This document shows positions 61,802 to 64,000 of a DNA stretch of 64,000 bases, piece after piece. Location: assembly GCA_963727505.1 (NCBI GenBank), contig CAVSGP010000002.1, positions 271,562 to 335,561 of the forward strand, in the 5' to 3' direction. The number at the start of each line of letters is the position of its first letter. Positions within the stretch are counted from its first letter, which is position 1. The notes beneath the pieces are model-generated. The model was not told the DNA's origin and ran no database searches. It saw nothing but the letters and a program-made list of their open reading frames with translations. Position numbers and translations under genes: made by a program. The DNA comes from an uncultured Trueperaceae bacterium. Lineage in GTDB: Bacteria; Deinococcota; Deinococci; Deinococcales; Trueperaceae.

Positions 61802-61948
61802 CAGGATGAGCAGTGATTTCAAGGTCAAACAACCAACTACGGAGACATGACCCCGCGAGCGAGGACACAGTGTCCCTCGCCTATCCCGTCGCACAACCCC
61901 TTCCCAGCAATACAGCCGGAACGAGACAGCGGAGAATAGAGGCACGAG

Positions 61949-62962
61949 ATGCCGGAGCGGAAGGCAGCAACCATTCGAGATGTCGCCAGACGCGCCAACG
62001 TGTCACCCGCGACGGTCTCGCGATTCCTGAACGGCAGCCTTCACCTGCCAGAAGCGACGGCAACGCGAGTGAGTACGGCCGTGGCAGAGCTGGACTACCG
62101 TCCCAACGCGCTAGCAAGGAACCTGAGCCTTGGGCAGAGCCACATCCTTGGCCTGGTCGTTCCCGACATCGCGAACCCCTTCTTCTCAGAACTTGCGAAG
62201 TCCGTTGAGGCAGAGGCTCTGGCACATGGCTATAACCTCATCCTCTGCAGCACCGACAGCGATCCCAACCGAGAACTTGAGTACTTTCGCCAACTCGAAG
62301 CGAAGCAACTGGACGGAATCCTCTTCCTCACAGACCACTCGATGAACGACGCCCTGAAAGGTCTTCTCTTGGACCAAGGCAACGTCGTTCTGCTGGACGA
62401 GGATGTGATTGGCACCGATCTGCCTCGGGTGCTCTCTGACAACCGCGCTGGAGGTGTCTTGGCAACTCAACACCTGATTGGCCTCGGTCATCGGCGGATC
62501 GCACATATCGGTGGTCCCCCTGACCTTACGAGCGCAAACGAGCGCTATGACGGCTACGTCGAGGCCATGAGCGCGGCGGAACTCGACCTCGATGAAGCTC
62601 TGATCCACCGGGGCCGTTACAGCCAAGAGACAGGCGCCCTCGGGCTTGCCGTCCTGCTCGACCAACCCTCTCCTCCTACTGCGATCTTTGCAGCCGCGGA
62701 TTACATCGCGATCGGAGTACTTAGGGAAGCTCGCGCCCGTGGGATCCCGATACCGATGGAAATGTCTATCGTCGGGTTCGACGGCATCAGCATCGCCCAA
62801 CTCCTGTCACCGCCACTGACGACCGTGGTACAGCAGATTGGAGAATTCGGGAGACAAGGGGTGCAGTTGCTCGTTGCGCGACTCAATGGCGAAAAGCTTG
62901 CCGACAACGAAGTCCGGCTCGGCGTTCGACTTGAAACCAGGGAATCAACGCAAGCCGCGTAG
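61949..62962 (+). CDS. LacI-family transcriptional regulator
   Basis: TIRDVARRANVSPATVSR, YRPNALAR, IVGFDG, PPLTTV. Confidence 0.96.
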   Translation: MPERKAATIRDVARRANVSPATVSRFLNGSLHLPEATATRVSTAVAELDYRPNALARNLSLGQSHILGLVVPDIANPFFSELAKSVEAEALAHGYNLILCSTDSDPNRELEYFRQLEAKQLDGILFLTDHSMNDALKGLLLDQGNVVLLDEDVIGTDLPRVLSDNRAGGVLATQHLIGLGHRRIAHIGGPPDLTSANERYDGYVEAMSAAELDLDEALIHRGRYSQETGALGLAVLLDQPSPPTAIFAAADYIAIGVLREARARGIPIPMEMSIVGFDGISIAQLLSPPLTTVVQQIGEFGRQGVQLLVARLNGEKLADNEVRLGVRLETRESTQAA

Positions 62963-62993
62963 CTACCACACCCCTACGGAAGGGATCTGGACC

Positions 62994-63842
62994 ATGGCAA
63001 AGGACGTAGCCAAGCATAAGGAAGACGCTATCGAAACCATCCTCGGTACCACGCGCGCGGTTGTCGGCGTGGTCCACCTCCCGCCTCTTCCCGGATCTCC
63101 TAGCTACGACGGCGAGTCCGTCGAGGACATCGTGCAGCGGGCGGTCTCAGATGCATCGAGGTACTCGCGAGGGGGAGTCGACGGGATCATCATCGAGAAT
63201 CATGGCGACATCCCGTTCAGCAAGCCGGCCGATCTTGGTTTGGAGACGGTGGCGTTCATGACCGCGGTCGGGCGAGATGTCAGAGACGCCACCGGCCTGC
63301 CTTTAGGCGTCAACGTACTGGCCAACGGAGCCTTGCAGGCGCTCGCCATAGCCCACGCGTCCGGAGCCGACTTCATCAGGGTCAATCAATGGGCCAATGC
63401 CTATGTCGCGAACGAGGGCTTCGTCGAAGGCCCGGCTGCACGAGCAACTCGGTATCGTTCCTGGATTCGAGCCAGTGACGTCAAGATCTTCGCTGACGTT
63501 CATGTGAAACACGGCGCCCACGCCATCGTGGCCGACCGGTCTCTGGAGGAACTCACGCGAGACCTCGCCTTCTTCGACGCCGATGCAATCATCGTGACCG
63601 GCCAGCGGACGGGGGACTCAGCAAACCTCAACGAGTTGCGGACCGTCCGATCAGCGACAACCCTCCCGCTCCTCGTTGGCAGTGGCGTGACGTTGGAGAA
63701 CGTGGGCGATATCTTCCAAATCGCCAATGCCGTAATCGTTGCCAGCTCGCTGAAAGAAGATGGCGTCTGGTGGAATCCCGTCTCAGAGGAGAGGGTTCGC
63801 GATTTCATGGACCGCGTGCGGAGCCTACGGGCAGACGCCTGA
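62994..63842 (+). CDS. BtpA/SgcQ-family TIM-barrel protein
   Basis: GVVHLPPLPGSP, IENHGDIPF, GVNVLAN, ADVHVKH, LVGSGV. Confidence 0.9.
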   Translation: MAKDVAKHKEDAIETILGTTRAVVGVVHLPPLPGSPSYDGESVEDIVQRAVSDASRYSRGGVDGIIIENHGDIPFSKPADLGLETVAFMTAVGRDVRDATGLPLGVNVLANGALQALAIAHASGADFIRVNQWANAYVANEGFVEGPAARATRYRSWIRASDVKIFADVHVKHGAHAIVADRSLEELTRDLAFFDADAIIVTGQRTGDSANLNELRTVRSATTLPLLVGSGVTLENVGDIFQIANAVIVASSLKEDGVWWNPVSEERVRDFMDRVRSLRADA

Positions 63843-64000
63843 GACAGACCAGGCTCGACCCGATTCACTGGAACAGAGACCGAGTAATGGTCAGCACGGG
63901 GCCAGCAAACAACCAGCCAGAACAGAGAACTTCAGAATCCGACTTGGGAAGGGCCCTACGGGCTGTCGTTTGGCGGCGTAGGCGATGGATAAGACAAATT

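Larger units (their letters stand above)
46660..64000. mobile_element. Genomic island integrated at tRNA-Ala(GGC); left end visible, right end probably outside the window
   Basis: Displaced tRNA 3' fragment plus arm-type repeats; defence and catabolic cargo; visibly lower GC from about 52 kb; no integrase seen in the window. Confidence 0.6.

Overview
High-GC bacterial DNA, probably Deinococcota (Trueperaceae-like). This is an inference from the gene content, the frequent leaderless -10 promoters and the c-di-GMP-II riboswitches. Left to right: (1) an Ig-domain lipoprotein gene cut by the window edge, under two tandem c-di-GMP-II riboswitches; a broken acyl-CoA dehydrogenase; katG. (2) A complete reductive pyrimidine catabolism cluster (PucR, mmsA, class III aminotransferase, nitrilase-type beta-ureidopropionase, preTA, hydA, NitT/TauT-type ABC transporter), in which one permease carries an unusual large repeat insertion. 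(3) A variable zone of serine hydrolases, a repeat lipoprotein, MarR-GNAT, DHFR-like genes and decayed AbiE remnants. (4) A DNA-processing block: DUF234-type ATPase, RelE-like/UvrD fusion, and a coupled sbcD-sbcC-addB-addA operon. (5) From 46.66 kb, an island bounded by the displaced 3' half of tRNA-Ala(GGC), with a duplicated 157-bp att arm, an AbiE pair, a three-gene operon with two uracil-DNA-glycosylase-superfamily genes, an AAA/DUF3696 ATPase plus PLD-like partner module, and a LacI-regulated catabolic cluster of unknown substrate. The best candidates for undescribed systems are the tandem-UDG operon, the ATPase/PLD-like/small-protein module and the coupled tandem riboswitch. Many single-base frameshifts look like long-read indel errors. 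All family assignments come from motif recognition, not from searches.
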